Source: Myxococcota bacterium (lineage in GTDB: Bacteria > Myxococcota_A > UBA796 > UBA2385). From it: a stretch of DNA of 64,000 nt. Location of the stretch: assembly GCA_044344255.1 (NCBI GenBank), contig JBIJDH010000001.1, positions 32,001 through 96,000 on the forward strand, read 5' to 3'. The position numbers and the translations under genes were made by a program. Positions 38,021 through 47,269 of this stretch are shown here, piece after piece; the first letter of the stretch is position 1, and each line of letters opens with the position of its first letter. The notes under the pieces are model-generated. The model saw nothing but the letters and a program-made list of their open reading frames with translations, was not told the DNA's origin and ran no database searches.

Positions 38021-38752
38021 ATGCGCGCCCTCCGCCCCGTCGTCCTCGACCTCGACCAGACCCTCATCCGCGCCGAGGTGCTCGACTGGGCCCTCTGGCT
38101 CGACGCGATGGCCGAGGCCTTCGGCCAGCCCGTCCCCCTCGACCAGGACTGGGGCGCCTACCCCGTCCACACCGACCACGGGCTGCTCGAGAGCCTGTCC
38201 CAGCAGCTCCGGGGCCGGCCCTTCGAGGACCACGAGCGGGCCCGCTTCGAGGCCGACCTCTTCTCCCGCATTGACGCCGCCCTCGCGGCCGACCCCGGCG
38301 TCTTCGTGCCCATCTCCGGGGCGGGGGCCCTCCTCGCCGCGCTCCAGGGGCGGTCCTGCCTCGCCACCGGCAACCTCCACCCGGTGACCCTGCGCAAGCT
38401 CCGCTCCTCCGGCCTCGACCGCTGGCCCCTCCCCTGCTCCTGCTCCGGCCCCGGCATCGACCGCGCCGAGCTCGTCCGGCGCGCCCTCCTCCGCGTCGGA
38501 TGGGCGCCAGGGGCCGCGGCCACCTCCTTCGGCGACGGCGTCTGGGACGTGCGCGCCGCCCGCGCCTTGGGCATCGGCTTCGTAGGGGTCGCCCAGTCCG
38601 ACCGCCACGAGGCGCGGCTCCGCGCCGCCGGCGCCGCCCACGTCATCCGCGACTACGACGACCTCGACGCCGTGCTGCAGCTCACCCAGGAGGCCCCCCT
38701 CCCCGGCCCCGAGTCTGCGACCGCCTGGAAGGCGCCGCAGGCCGCCGAGTGA
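38021..38752 (+). CDS. HAD-superfamily hydrolase
   Basis: VLDLDQTL (motif I), ATGN (motif II), FGDGVWDV (motif IV). Confidence 0.92.
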   Translation: MRALRPVVLDLDQTLIRAEVLDWALWLDAMAEAFGQPVPLDQDWGAYPVHTDHGLLESLSQQLRGRPFEDHERARFEADLFSRIDAALAADPGVFVPISGAGALLAALQGRSCLATGNLHPVTLRKLRSSGLDRWPLPCSCSGPGIDRAELVRRALLRVGWAPGAAATSFGDGVWDVRAARALGIGFVGVAQSDRHEARLRAAGAAHVIRDYDDLDAVLQLTQEAPLPGPESATAWKAPQAAE

Positions 38753-39510
38753 GCGCACTCGCCGAGCCGGGCGCCGCCGATCTCGTCACCCTCGAGGTCG
38801 AGCGCCTGCGCGGCCTCCTCCGGGCTGGTCGTGACCCTGACGTCGCCGCCGGACAGACCGCTTATCTCAAGGGCCTCGTCCGCTTCTATGGCTGGAAGGG
38901 CCCCCGGGTGGTGGCGCTCTCCCGCGCCGAGCAAGCGGCGACAAAGGGCTGGGCGCCGGCTGAGCGGATAGACCTCGGCCTCCGCCTCCTCGACTCCGAG
39001 TGGGGAGAGGAGCAGCAGCTCGGCCTCCTGATCCTCTATCGGCACCGCCAGTCCGCCCCGACAGACCTCACCCTCCGCCTCGAGCCCATCTTCGACCGCC
39101 GCGCCACCAACTGGGCCACCTGCGACGCTATCTGCGGCCGCGTGCTCCGCCACCGCCTCCCGCAGGCCGCCGACCGCGCGCGCCTCCTCCGCTGGAGCGA
39201 GTCTGCCAACACCTGGCGCCGCCGCGCGGCCTGCGTCGCCTACGTCAACGAAGCCCGCAAGGGGCTCTACGCCGAGGAGATCCGCCTCGTCGTCCCCCAG
39301 GCCCTGGCCATCGACGAGCGCTTCGTCCAGCTCGGCGCCGGCTGGCTGCTCCGCGAGCGCTGGCTGGCCGCCCCCGACGAGGTGGTGGCCTTCCTCCGCG
39401 CGCAGGGCGGCGAGATGCGGCGGGAGGCGCTGCGCTACGCGATCGAGAAGATGCCGCCGGAGCAGCGAGAGGCGCTGCTCCGGGAGACTGGCCCGGCCCG
39501 CCGCGGCTGA
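38749..39510 (+). CDS. DNA alkylation repair protein (AlkD-like)
   Basis: NWATCD, WSES.NTWRRRA, FVQLGAGWLLRE, REALRYAIEK; GTG overlaps the HAD stop (GTGA). Confidence 0.9.
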   Translation: MSALAEPGAADLVTLEVERLRGLLRAGRDPDVAAGQTAYLKGLVRFYGWKGPRVVALSRAEQAATKGWAPAERIDLGLRLLDSEWGEEQQLGLLILYRHRQSAPTDLTLRLEPIFDRRATNWATCDAICGRVLRHRLPQAADRARLLRWSESANTWRRRAACVAYVNEARKGLYAEEIRLVVPQALAIDERFVQLGAGWLLRERWLAAPDEVVAFLRAQGGEMRREALRYAIEKMPPEQREALLRETGPARRG

Positions 39511-39536
39511 GCGTCGATGGTGCGCCGGCCCGTCGC

Positions 39537-39992
39537 TTAGAACCCAGCCTCCACTGAGCCCACCAGCGCCACCTCGCCCACGCCCGAGGCGCGCGCGGTG
39601 TAGAGCACCTTGCGCACCACGCCGTACTCGACGCGGCGGTCGACGTGGACCTCGACCCGCTTCGAGTTCTTGGTGGCGAGCAGGCGGTCGTAGATCTCCT
39701 TCACCATCGGCTCCTCGGGGAGGTAGGCCGTGGCGATGACGCGGTTGCCGTCGATGTAGACGGCGTCCGTCGAGACGAGGAGCACGAGGGAATTGGGCCG
39801 GGGGTCCTGGCTCGCGGTGTTCGGCAGCTCGAAGACCCCCTCGGGCGGGGCCGGGGAGGGCTCGCTCGAGTAGGTGCGGAGCAGGAAGACGAGGAGGAGC
39901 GTCATCATGTCGACCATCGGCGCGAGGGCGCCGATGTCGAGGCCGGAGGCGGCGGACTCGACCGGGAGGCCAACGAGGCGGCGGCGGCTCAT
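39537..39992 (-). CDS. ExbD/TolR-family protein, AglS-like
   Basis: MVDMMTLLLVFLLRTYS transmembrane motif with the conserved Asp; DRRVEYGVVRKVLYTA. Confidence 0.88.
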   Translation of the reverse strand: MSRRRLVGLPVESAASGLDIGALAPMVDMMTLLLVFLLRTYSSEPSPAPPEGVFELPNTASQDPRPNSLVLLVSTDAVYIDGNRVIATAYLPEEPMVKEIYDRLLATKNSKRVEVHVDRRVEYGVVRKVLYTARASGVGEVALVGSVEAGF

Positions 39993-40501
39993 CCGTCCGC
40001 CAGGGTGAGCTTGGGGAAGTAGGGCGTGGCCGGCGGGCCCTTGATGATGTCCATGGCGCGGAAGAGCTGGTCCATCGAGGTGCGGTCGTCCGGGGCGAGG
40101 GAGGCGTTCTCCTGGGCCGGGTCCATGCCGTGGATCTGAGCCATCGTGGCGTCGAGGAGCACGAGGTCAACCTTGCCGTCGGCGGCGGCGGGGATGAGCA
40201 CCTGGCGCCGCTCCACCGAGGTGGCGGCGGCGGCGATGTCGGTGGACTGCACCTCGAAGTCCACCTGGGTGCTGCCCTCGCGGATCGAGATGGTCACCTT
40301 CTTCAGGAGTCCGGTGTGGGGCAGCAGCGCGAGGTCGGCGGTGGAGCTCACCTTGAGGGTGTGCACGCCGAGGCGCTGACCGGTGGAGGTGGAGAGCAGG
40401 AAGAAGAGCAGGAGGAAGAGGAGCGTGACGATGCCGAGCATCGTCGGCCGGACGTCGGCCGGCTCCTCGCTGTGGCTCGAGCTGAGCAGCCGCCGCTTCA
40501 C
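39989..40501 (-). CDS. ExbD/TolR-family protein, AglQ-like, lacking the TM Asp
   Basis: PTMLGIVTLLFLLLFFLL single TM; PDDRTSMDQLFRAMD; YFP at the C-terminus; lies between the exbB-like and exbD-like genes. Confidence 0.75.
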   Translation of the reverse strand: MKRRLLSSSHSEEPADVRPTMLGIVTLLFLLLFFLLSTSTGQRLGVHTLKVSSTADLALLPHTGLLKKVTISIREGSTQVDFEVQSTDIAAAATSVERRQVLIPAAADGKVDLVLLDATMAQIHGMDPAQENASLAPDDRTSMDQLFRAMDIIKGPPATPYFPKLTLADG

Positions 40502-41103
40502 GACGCGCGGGCCATCTTGATCGCGAGGATGACCCGGCCGGCGGCGTACTCGATCTGCCCGATGAGCTCGCGGCAGCGGGCCTCGGCGATGGCGTGAGCG
40601 CCGAGCGCCGGGATGGCGACCACGAGGCCGAAGGCGGTGGTGGCCATGGCGGTGGCGCTGCCCTCAGAGAGGCGGGCGGCGCGCTCGGCCCCCGCGGCGT
40701 CCCCGACGGCGCCGAACGCGAGCATGAGGCCATAGACGGTGCCCACGAGGCCGATCATCGTCGAGATCGAGGCCACCGCCGAGAGGTAGGAGACGCGGCG
40801 CCGAATCTGGAGATCGGCCCGCACCGCGGCGGCGGTCATCGCCTCCCAGGCGAGGTCCGGGTCCTTGTGGGCGGCGCCGGCGGCGATGACCGCCTCCACC
40901 GGCGTGTCGCCGACGGCGACGGACTCACCGGCCTTGATCTTCGGCTCTACGACGGCGAGGAGCGCGTCGACGTCGCAGCGGGCGCCCAGGAGCGCCACGG
41001 CCCGCTCGATGGCCACCGCCATCGCGAAGGCCCCCACCACGAGCAGCGCATAGAGGAAGGGAGCAGAGGGGCCGGAGAAGGCCTGAAGCAGGTAACCAAG
41101 CAA
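40498..41103 (-). CDS. MotA/TolQ/ExbB proton-channel protein, AglR-like
   Basis: AIER; STMIGLVGTVYGLMLAF; AMATTAFGLVVAIP. Confidence 0.93.
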   Translation of the reverse strand: MLGYLLQAFSGPSAPFLYALLVVGAFAMAVAIERAVALLGARCDVDALLAVVEPKIKAGESVAVGDTPVEAVIAAGAAHKDPDLAWEAMTAAAVRADLQIRRRVSYLSAVASISTMIGLVGTVYGLMLAFGAVGDAAGAERAARLSEGSATAMATTAFGLVVAIPALGAHAIAEARCRELIGQIEYAAGRVILAIKMARAS

Positions 41104-41119
41104 TGGAGCTCCTCGGGCC

Positions 41120-42067
41120 TCAGCCCCTCACGAAATTCAAGCAGCGGATCTTCGTCTCGGCCGACTCGATGCTCTCGCAGAGCGCCACGGCGCGGGACGG
41201 GTCAGACCGCTTCTGTTGATGGGCGACGCCCTGTCGGCAGTTGTCTCGATAGACCCCGTAGGTGTCACAGGCGGCGACGGCGGCGTCCGGGTCGCGCTCC
41301 GCCGCGCCCCAGCCGAGGCCGTGGTAGCAGTTGGTCCGCCAGGACTCGGTGGTGCGGCGACAGGACTCAGCGGCCTCGTTCACGTCGCGCCGGGCCAGGT
41401 ATTTTCCAATCCCGTGCCAGCACGTCTTTCGCGTGAGCGTGTCGCCCTCTTCCTTGGCGCAGAGGGCGATGGCGGACTCGAAGTCGACGAGGGCGATCTC
41501 TCCCACCACGTCGTGACGACAGAAGTCGCGGAAGATCTCTGCCTTCTCACACCGCTCAAAGGCGAAGGCCGCGTCGATCTCGGCGAGGGCCAGGCCCATT
41601 CCAAAATTACACTGCCCCCGCCACTTCACGATCGGGATGCCGACGCAGATGGCGTCAGCGGCGTTCCGGTCGACGGGCGCGGCGGCCTCGGCGACGTCAG
41701 CGTGGCACTCCCAGCGGAGCTCCTCGGCCTTCAGGCGGTCGCAGATGGGGATGGCGCCAGCGGGGTCGCGGGCGGCGATCTGACGGGCGGCGGCGTGAAA
41801 GCAGACGTCGCGCCGCGACTCGTCGTAGTTCTCGATGCACCGCTCGACGGTGATGATGCCTTGCCCCCCCTGACCATCACCGACGCCCTCACCCACCTTC
41901 TCCATGCCCTCTGGCTTGGGGGGGAGCGCCATGCCGGGCTCCCTGGAGGCCGCCACGACCACCTCGGCCTTCGCGGCCACCTCCACGAGCGCCGCGAAGC
42001 CGAAGCGCGCGCCCAGGTTGAAGGCGAGGCACGCGAGGAAGAGGAGGAAGAAAGCCCGGGAGCTCAT
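41120..42067 (-). CDS. Exported protein with about 7 Cys-bracketed helical repeats
   Basis: Hydrophobic N-terminus; repeats such as CWHGIG..D...A..SC and CYHGLG..D...A..AC. Confidence 0.8.
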   Translation of the reverse strand: MSSRAFFLLFLACLAFNLGARFGFAALVEVAAKAEVVVAASREPGMALPPKPEGMEKVGEGVGDGQGGQGIITVERCIENYDESRRDVCFHAAARQIAARDPAGAIPICDRLKAEELRWECHADVAEAAAPVDRNAADAICVGIPIVKWRGQCNFGMGLALAEIDAAFAFERCEKAEIFRDFCRHDVVGEIALVDFESAIALCAKEEGDTLTRKTCWHGIGKYLARRDVNEAAESCRRTTESWRTNCYHGLGWGAAERDPDAAVAACDTYGVYRDNCRQGVAHQQKRSDPSRAVALCESIESAETKIRCLNFVRG

Positions 42068-42083
42068 GAGGTGTGGGGCTCTC

Positions 42084-42314
42084 TCATTCGGTGTAGCCGA
42101 TCTCGCGCATCCACTTCTCGTAGTCGCCGCGCTCGATGTCCTTGTACTGCTGCTCGGACTCGGGCGTCTGCTCAGGCTCGGCGGGGCGCAGCTTCCACCA
42201 GAGGGCCGCGCCGCAGCCCACGAGGCTCGTGAGGACCGCGAGCACCAGCGCGACCCGCTTGGCAGCGGGGGACTTCGTGGCGACCTGCGGCGGAGCAGAG
42301 TTGGGCGTCGACAT
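42084..42314 (-). CDS. Small single-TM protein
   Basis: 76 aa; TM VALVLAVLTSLVGCGAALWW; C-terminus DYEKWMREIGYTE; fills the gap between co-oriented genes. Confidence 0.7.
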   Translation of the reverse strand: MSTPNSAPPQVATKSPAAKRVALVLAVLTSLVGCGAALWWKLRPAEPEQTPESEQQYKDIERGDYEKWMREIGYTE

Positions 42315-42392
42315 GGGGCCCCCGGGGAGGAAGGGTCAGGGTATCACCGCCTCCCGGCGGGCGTCCACGCCACCCTCCAAGGCGCGGCGGGC

Positions 42393-43025
42393 TCAGAACA
42401 CCCCAACGGTGCCAAGCTGTCCACACCACTCGATGTCAAGGCTCCCGCTCACCGAGCCCGCACCTGCGTAGCGCGTGAGCCCCTCGTAGATGAAGTTGCC
42501 CTCCCAGGCGTCGAGCTCGAGGTCGAGCGAGTAGCCCGACCCGTCTCCGCCGCTGAGGCCGAGGGAGAACTGCGTGGGGTGCCCCTGCCACCAGCGCCCC
42601 GACCAGTAGTAGTCGGTGTCGTCGCGGGTCTCGAGCACGAAGCTCCCCTCCCCCATCGCGCAGTTGATGACCGTGCTGGCGCCGACGAGGGGGTCATTCG
42701 CGGCCTCGAGGGGGCTAGAATACCCGTCGAAGTGCAAGAAGATGTCACAGGTGCCGCCGCGGATGAGCCCGCTCGGATCGTAGGGCTCGTCGTCGGCGGC
42801 GAGGTAGTCGAAGACGTCGCCGCAGGTGGAGTCCGGGTTCGAGGAGAGGTAGGCCATCATCGTGCCCCCCGCGTCGACCCCGAAGCCCTTGTAGAGGGCC
42901 ACTTTGCCAGACTCGGCCTCACCCTCGAGGCCGATAGTGCCCGTGATCTGCGGCTCCGCGGCCGCGCCCTCGTCGCCCGACTTGTCCGAGCAGGCGACGA
43001 GGATGAGCAAGGTCCAGACACGCAT
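42393..43025 (-). CDS. Lipoprotein of unknown function
   Basis: AGGAG RBS; MRVWTLLILVAC lipobox; beta-rich acidic body. Confidence 0.85.
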   Translation of the reverse strand: MRVWTLLILVACSDKSGDEGAAAEPQITGTIGLEGEAESGKVALYKGFGVDAGGTMMAYLSSNPDSTCGDVFDYLAADDEPYDPSGLIRGGTCDIFLHFDGYSSPLEAANDPLVGASTVINCAMGEGSFVLETRDDTDYYWSGRWWQGHPTQFSLGLSGGDGSGYSLDLELDAWEGNFIYEGLTRYAGAGSVSGSLDIEWCGQLGTVGVF

Positions 43026-43067
43026 CAGGCACTCCTTTGAGCCCCGCATCCTACCAGAGGCAGGCCC

Positions 43068-44202
43068 TCACTCCACGTCGCTGACCGGCCCGCTGTCCCC
43101 TCCCTCACCGGAGCGCTGGACGAGCCAGGCCTCCATGAAGGGCGTGAGATCGCCGTCCAGCACCCGCGACGCGTTGCCCATCTCGTGGCCGGTGCGGAGG
43201 TCCTTCACCATCTGGTAAGGCTGCAGCACGTAGCTCCGGATCTGGCTCCCCCACTCGATCCGCTTCTTGGTCGAGTTGACGAGGTCGATCTCGGCCTGGC
43301 GGCGGGCCTCCTCCCGCTGGTACAGGCGGGCCTTGAGGATCTTCATCGCCTTGGCCTTGTTCTTCGTCTGCGAGCGCTCGTCGCGGCAGTTGACCACGAT
43401 GCCGGACTCGAGGTGCGTGATGCGCACCGCGGAGTCGGTCGTGTTCACCGACTGACCGCCGGCCCCCGAGGCCCGCATGACGTCGATGCGGATGTCGACG
43501 TCGCGGACCACGATGTTGATGTCTTCCTCGATGTCGGGGACGACGTCGACCGAGGCGAAGGCGGTGTGCCGGCGCGCGTTGCTGTCGAAGGGGCTGATGC
43601 GGACGAGGCGGTGGACCCCGATCTCCGCCTTCATGTAGCCGTAAGCGTAGGGCCCCCGCATCTCGATGCGGCAGCTCTTGATGCCAGCCTCTTCGTGGAG
43701 CTGCTCGTCGACCACGACGGCCTTGAAGCCCTCGCGAAGCGCCCAGGCGAGGTACATCCGCTTGAGGATGGCCGCCCAGTCGGCGGCGTCGGTGCCGCCG
43801 GCCCCGGAGTTGATGTCGACGATTGCGTCGGTGTTGTCGAACTCCTCCGCCAACATCTGGTGCACCTCGGAGGCCCGCACCTTGGGCTCCAAGACCTCGA
43901 GCAGGGCGACGGCCTCCGCCTGGGATGCCTCATCATCCATCTCTCGGCCGAGCTCGAAGAGCGTCTCGGCGTCGTCGATGCCCCGGACGAGCTCACTAAA
44001 ATCGATGAGGGAGCGTTCCAGCAGACCTTTTTGCTTCAACACCGACTTGCTGCGCTCTGCGTCCGACCAGAAGTCGGGGTCAGAGGCCTTGTGCTCGAGG
44101 TCGGTGATGCGCTTCTGCTTTCCATCTACGTCAAAGATGACTCCGGAGGGCTTCAATACGCCCCCGAAGCGACCTGCGAAGGTCATAATATTCCATCGGC
44201 AT
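43068..44202 (-). CDS. prfB: Peptide chain release factor 2 (programmed +1 frameshift)
   Basis: Frame 0: MPMEYYDLRRSLRGRIEALRSHL-TGA; +1 frame continues DVDGKQKR... and contains SPF and GGQ. Confidence 0.97.
44130..44144 (-). promoter_or_regulatory. prfB frameshift site (internal SD-like GGAG followed by CTT TGA C)
   Basis: Minus strand CGG AGT CAT CTT TGA C. Confidence 0.93.
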
Positions 44203-44237
44203 CGGGACTCCCTGCCTCGCCGCCCCGGCGCTCGGCT

Positions 44238-44708
44238 TCAGGCCGAACGGGTGAGCAGCGGAGCGCCCTGGCTATCCGGTGCGAGGCGTTTGAGCAGGTC
44301 CCTTTCTCGCGCCGCCATCTCCTGAGCCTCGGCCTCCCCCCGCTCGTGGTCGTAGCCGAGCAGGTGGAGGAGGCCGTGGATCGTGAGCACCCGCAGCTCA
44401 TCCTCGAGGGTGTGGCCGAGCTCGCTCGCCTGGCGCGCCGCGGTGTCGAGGCTGATCACGAGGTCACCAAGAACGGGATCGTCCGCCTCGGCCTCCTCTC
44501 CTTCGCGCATCGAGAAGGAGAGGACGTCGGTGGGAGCGTCCTTGCCGCGGTAGTCGCGGTTCAGCGCCTGGATGCGCGCGTCGTCACAAAGCACGAGGCT
44601 GAGCTCGACCTCGTCGAGCCCGAGCAGCTCGAGGAGGCGGAGGGCGTCGGCCTCGACGCGGTCGAGCGGGTGCTCCACGCCGTCGGCCTGCCCGTGGATG
44701 TGGTTCAC
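44238..44708 (-). CDS. ybeY: rRNA maturation endoribonuclease YbeY
   Basis: LNRDYRGKDAPTDVLSF, LGDLVIS, HGLLHLLGYDH; GTG overlaps the upstream stop. Confidence 0.96.
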   Translation of the reverse strand: MNHIHGQADGVEHPLDRVEADALRLLELLGLDEVELSLVLCDDARIQALNRDYRGKDAPTDVLSFSMREGEEAEADDPVLGDLVISLDTAARQASELGHTLEDELRVLTIHGLLHLLGYDHERGEAEAQEMAARERDLLKRLAPDSQGAPLLTRSA

Positions 44709-47269
44709 TTGCCCTCCTCCCCCTTGGGGCGGGTGCCGATCGGCAGGTGCTCGGCGCTCTCGTAGTCGGTGTCGGAGCCGTACTTGAAGCCGGGGTCGGT
44801 GCGGGTGTGCAGGCGGGGATCGGTGGGCTCGGCGCCGAAGGGGCTCGCGAGCTCGAGCGTGATGATGGGCCCGGTGGGCTCTTCGGCGCTGCGGAGGTCG
44901 GTGCGCTTGGGCACGCCGGGGTACTCGATGCGGTGGTGGTAGATGGCGAGCAGCGTGTCGGTGAAGGCGTCTACGATCGTGTAGAGCTCCTTCACCGTGA
45001 GCGGGCACTTCACGAGCTGGCCGTCGGTGACGGCACCATTGACCAGCTTCTGGATGAGGGCGCGGATGTTCTCGGGCGACTTGTCGCGGAGCGTGCGGCA
45101 GGCGGCCTCGACCTTGTCGGCCAGCATCATGATGCCGGTCTCGCGGCTGTTCGGCAGGTCACCGGCGTAGCGGAAGTCGGCCTCGTCGACCACCGAGCCC
45201 GGGGCCGCCTGCTCGACGGCCTTGGCGTAGAAGTACTGGATGAGGCCGGTGCCATGATGCATCGTGATGCCGTCGAGCACGGGCTGCGGCAGCTTGTACT
45301 GCTTGCCGATCGCGAGCCCATCGACCACGTGGGCGACGATGATGCGGGCGCTCGTGCGGGGGGGCAGGCGGTCGTGCGGGTTCGGCCCGCCCCGCTGGTT
45401 CTCGATGAAGTACTTCGGCTGGACGGCCTTCCCGATGTCGTGGAAGTAGCAGGCCACGCGGGTCTGCAGCGCGTTGGCGCCGATCGCCTCCGCCGCCGCC
45501 TCGCAGAGCTGGGCCACGGTGACCGAGTGGTGGTAGGTGCCGGGCGCCCGCAGCATCAGCTGGCGCAGCAGCGGGTGGTTGAGGTTGGCGAGCTCGAGCA
45601 GCTTGTAGTCGGTGACGAAGCCCATCACCTCGAACATCGGCACGAGGCCGAGCACGAGGATCCCGGAGCCGAGGCCGCCGAGGAAGGCGAAGCCCACGTC
45701 CCAGAGCGGCTGCGTGGCGGCCGACCGGAGGCTCGCGCCCTCCCCGAGGTGGGCGGCGACGAGGTTGAGGAGCAGCGCCATCGCCGCGTTCACGAGGCCG
45801 GTGAGCAGCCCCGCCCGCAGCACCCCCACCCGCTCCCGGGTCTGGGCGACGCTGCCCACCGCGGTCACCCCGGAGACGGCGAAGTAGAGGCAGAAGAGCA
45901 CCTGCTGGTCCATCAGCACGCCGAGGAGGGCGGCGGTGACGAGGATCCAGACGAGGGCGGTCTCGCTGTTGACGAGGATGCGGAGCAGCATCGCCCCGCC
46001 CGCGAAGGGCACGAGGTACCAGAAGGTGGTGGGCGCGGTGCCGAGGCCCATCAGCGCCGAGAACGGCGCCGAGACCTCGACGGCCACCCGCCCGAGGGCC
46101 AGCACCAGCAGCACGATGACGGCCTGGGCCTCCACGTCGCGGGTGCGGGTGGAGTAGCGCTCGATCTGACCCGCCGCGAACTGGTAGATCGCGACGTAGA
46201 CCACCCCGGACAGCGCGGTGAGGGCGAGCAGCAGCCCGAGCGTGCCGAAGCCGGAGCGGCTGTTGCGGAGCGCGTTGAGCATCTCCACCTGCTGCCGGGT
46301 GAGGACGTCCCCCTGGCGGGCGATGCTGGCGCCGCGGTTCACCCGGTTGACCACCTCGGTCACGCTGTTGCGGGCGTCCCGGCGGCGCTCCTCGGTCTTG
46401 AGCTGATTGTAGGAGAAGTTCGGCCGAACGGCGGCCCGCGCCACGGCGACCGCGCAGAGGCGGGTGGACTCGTCTTGGATGTTCTCGAGCGCTGTGAGCG
46501 AGATCGCCGATCGGGCCCCCTCCGGCGTGTGGATCTGGTCGAGCTTCTCGAGCTGCAGCTCATCGTCGCCGTCCCGCATGATGCGGAAGACCGAGACCGG
46601 CCGCCCGTCTGGGGGGAGGACGTTGGCGTCGGCGACGACATAGCTGCGCATCGCGAGGCCGATGAGCTCGCGGGCCGCGGTCTCGACCTCGCGGCTCCAA
46701 CGGGCAGAGATGATGCGGTCCAGCTCAGACGGATCGAGGGAGAGCTCGAGCACCTTGAGGAACTCTCGCGCGATCGCCGAGAGCTCCTCCGGGGAGGCCT
46801 CAGGGCGGCTCGCCGACTTGGCCCCCATCAGCGCGTCCGAGTACCGCGCGCGCGCTACCTCGAAGGCCTCGGTCACCCGCGCCTGCACCCGGGGGCCGAG
46901 GGTGGTGTCGTAGTCATAGACCGGCTGGACCGAGCCCTCGGCGTCCCGCTGGCGCGCGTAGGTGTCGTCCCAGTCGACATAGTCGAAGGAGGTGCTCGCG
47001 CGGACGTCCCGCTCGGCCACCTCGCCGGGCTGCCAGTCGTCGGTCGGGACCCGAACGTACTCGACCACGAGCAGCGAGGTGCCGACGGAGAGCAGGACGA
47101 GCGAGACCGCGCGGCGGAAGACCTCACTCTTCACGAGGGCGCGCACACGCACGAGGAGCCCGGCGAGGCCGGTCAGCCCGGGCCCCGCCCCCGGCGAGGG
47201 GGCAGACGGAGGCACCGGACCGCGGGCGGAGCCCCCCGCGGCGCCCGGCTCGGGGCTGTCAGCCCCCAC
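44705..47269 (-). CDS. 7TM-HD (HDIG) phosphohydrolase, PgpH-like
   Basis: N-terminal TM, extracytoplasmic domain, multiple TMs, APGTYHHS, HDIGK, FIENQ, HHGT, MLAD..EAA.R. Confidence 0.93.
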   Translation of the reverse strand: MGADSPEPGAAGGSARGPVPPSAPSPGAGPGLTGLAGLLVRVRALVKSEVFRRAVSLVLLSVGTSLLVVEYVRVPTDDWQPGEVAERDVRASTSFDYVDWDDTYARQRDAEGSVQPVYDYDTTLGPRVQARVTEAFEVARARYSDALMGAKSASRPEASPEELSAIAREFLKVLELSLDPSELDRIISARWSREVETAARELIGLAMRSYVVADANVLPPDGRPVSVFRIMRDGDDELQLEKLDQIHTPEGARSAISLTALENIQDESTRLCAVAVARAAVRPNFSYNQLKTEERRRDARNSVTEVVNRVNRGASIARQGDVLTRQQVEMLNALRNSRSGFGTLGLLLALTALSGVVYVAIYQFAAGQIERYSTRTRDVEAQAVIVLLVLALGRVAVEVSAPFSALMGLGTAPTTFWYLVPFAGGAMLLRILVNSETALVWILVTAALLGVLMDQQVLFCLYFAVSGVTAVGSVAQTRERVGVLRAGLLTGLVNAAMALLLNLVAAHLGEGASLRSAATQPLWDVGFAFLGGLGSGILVLGLVPMFEVMGFVTDYKLLELANLNHPLLRQLMLRAPGTYHHSVTVAQLCEAAAEAIGANALQTRVACYFHDIGKAVQPKYFIENQRGGPNPHDRLPPRTSARIIVAHVVDGLAIGKQYKLPQPVLDGITMHHGTGLIQYFYAKAVEQAAPGSVVDEADFRYAGDLPNSRETGIMMLADKVEAACRTLRDKSPENIRALIQKLVNGAVTDGQLVKCPLTVKELYTIVDAFTDTLLAIYHHRIEYPGVPKRTDLRSAEEPTGPIITLELASPFGAEPTDPRLHTRTDPGFKYGSDTDYESAEHLPIGTRPKGEEGK

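Noticed and set aside
37733..38758. First 342 aa of the 1999-aa ORF
   Set aside because: Overlaps the HAD gene antisense and an intergenic region; a signal peptide begins at ATG 37732.
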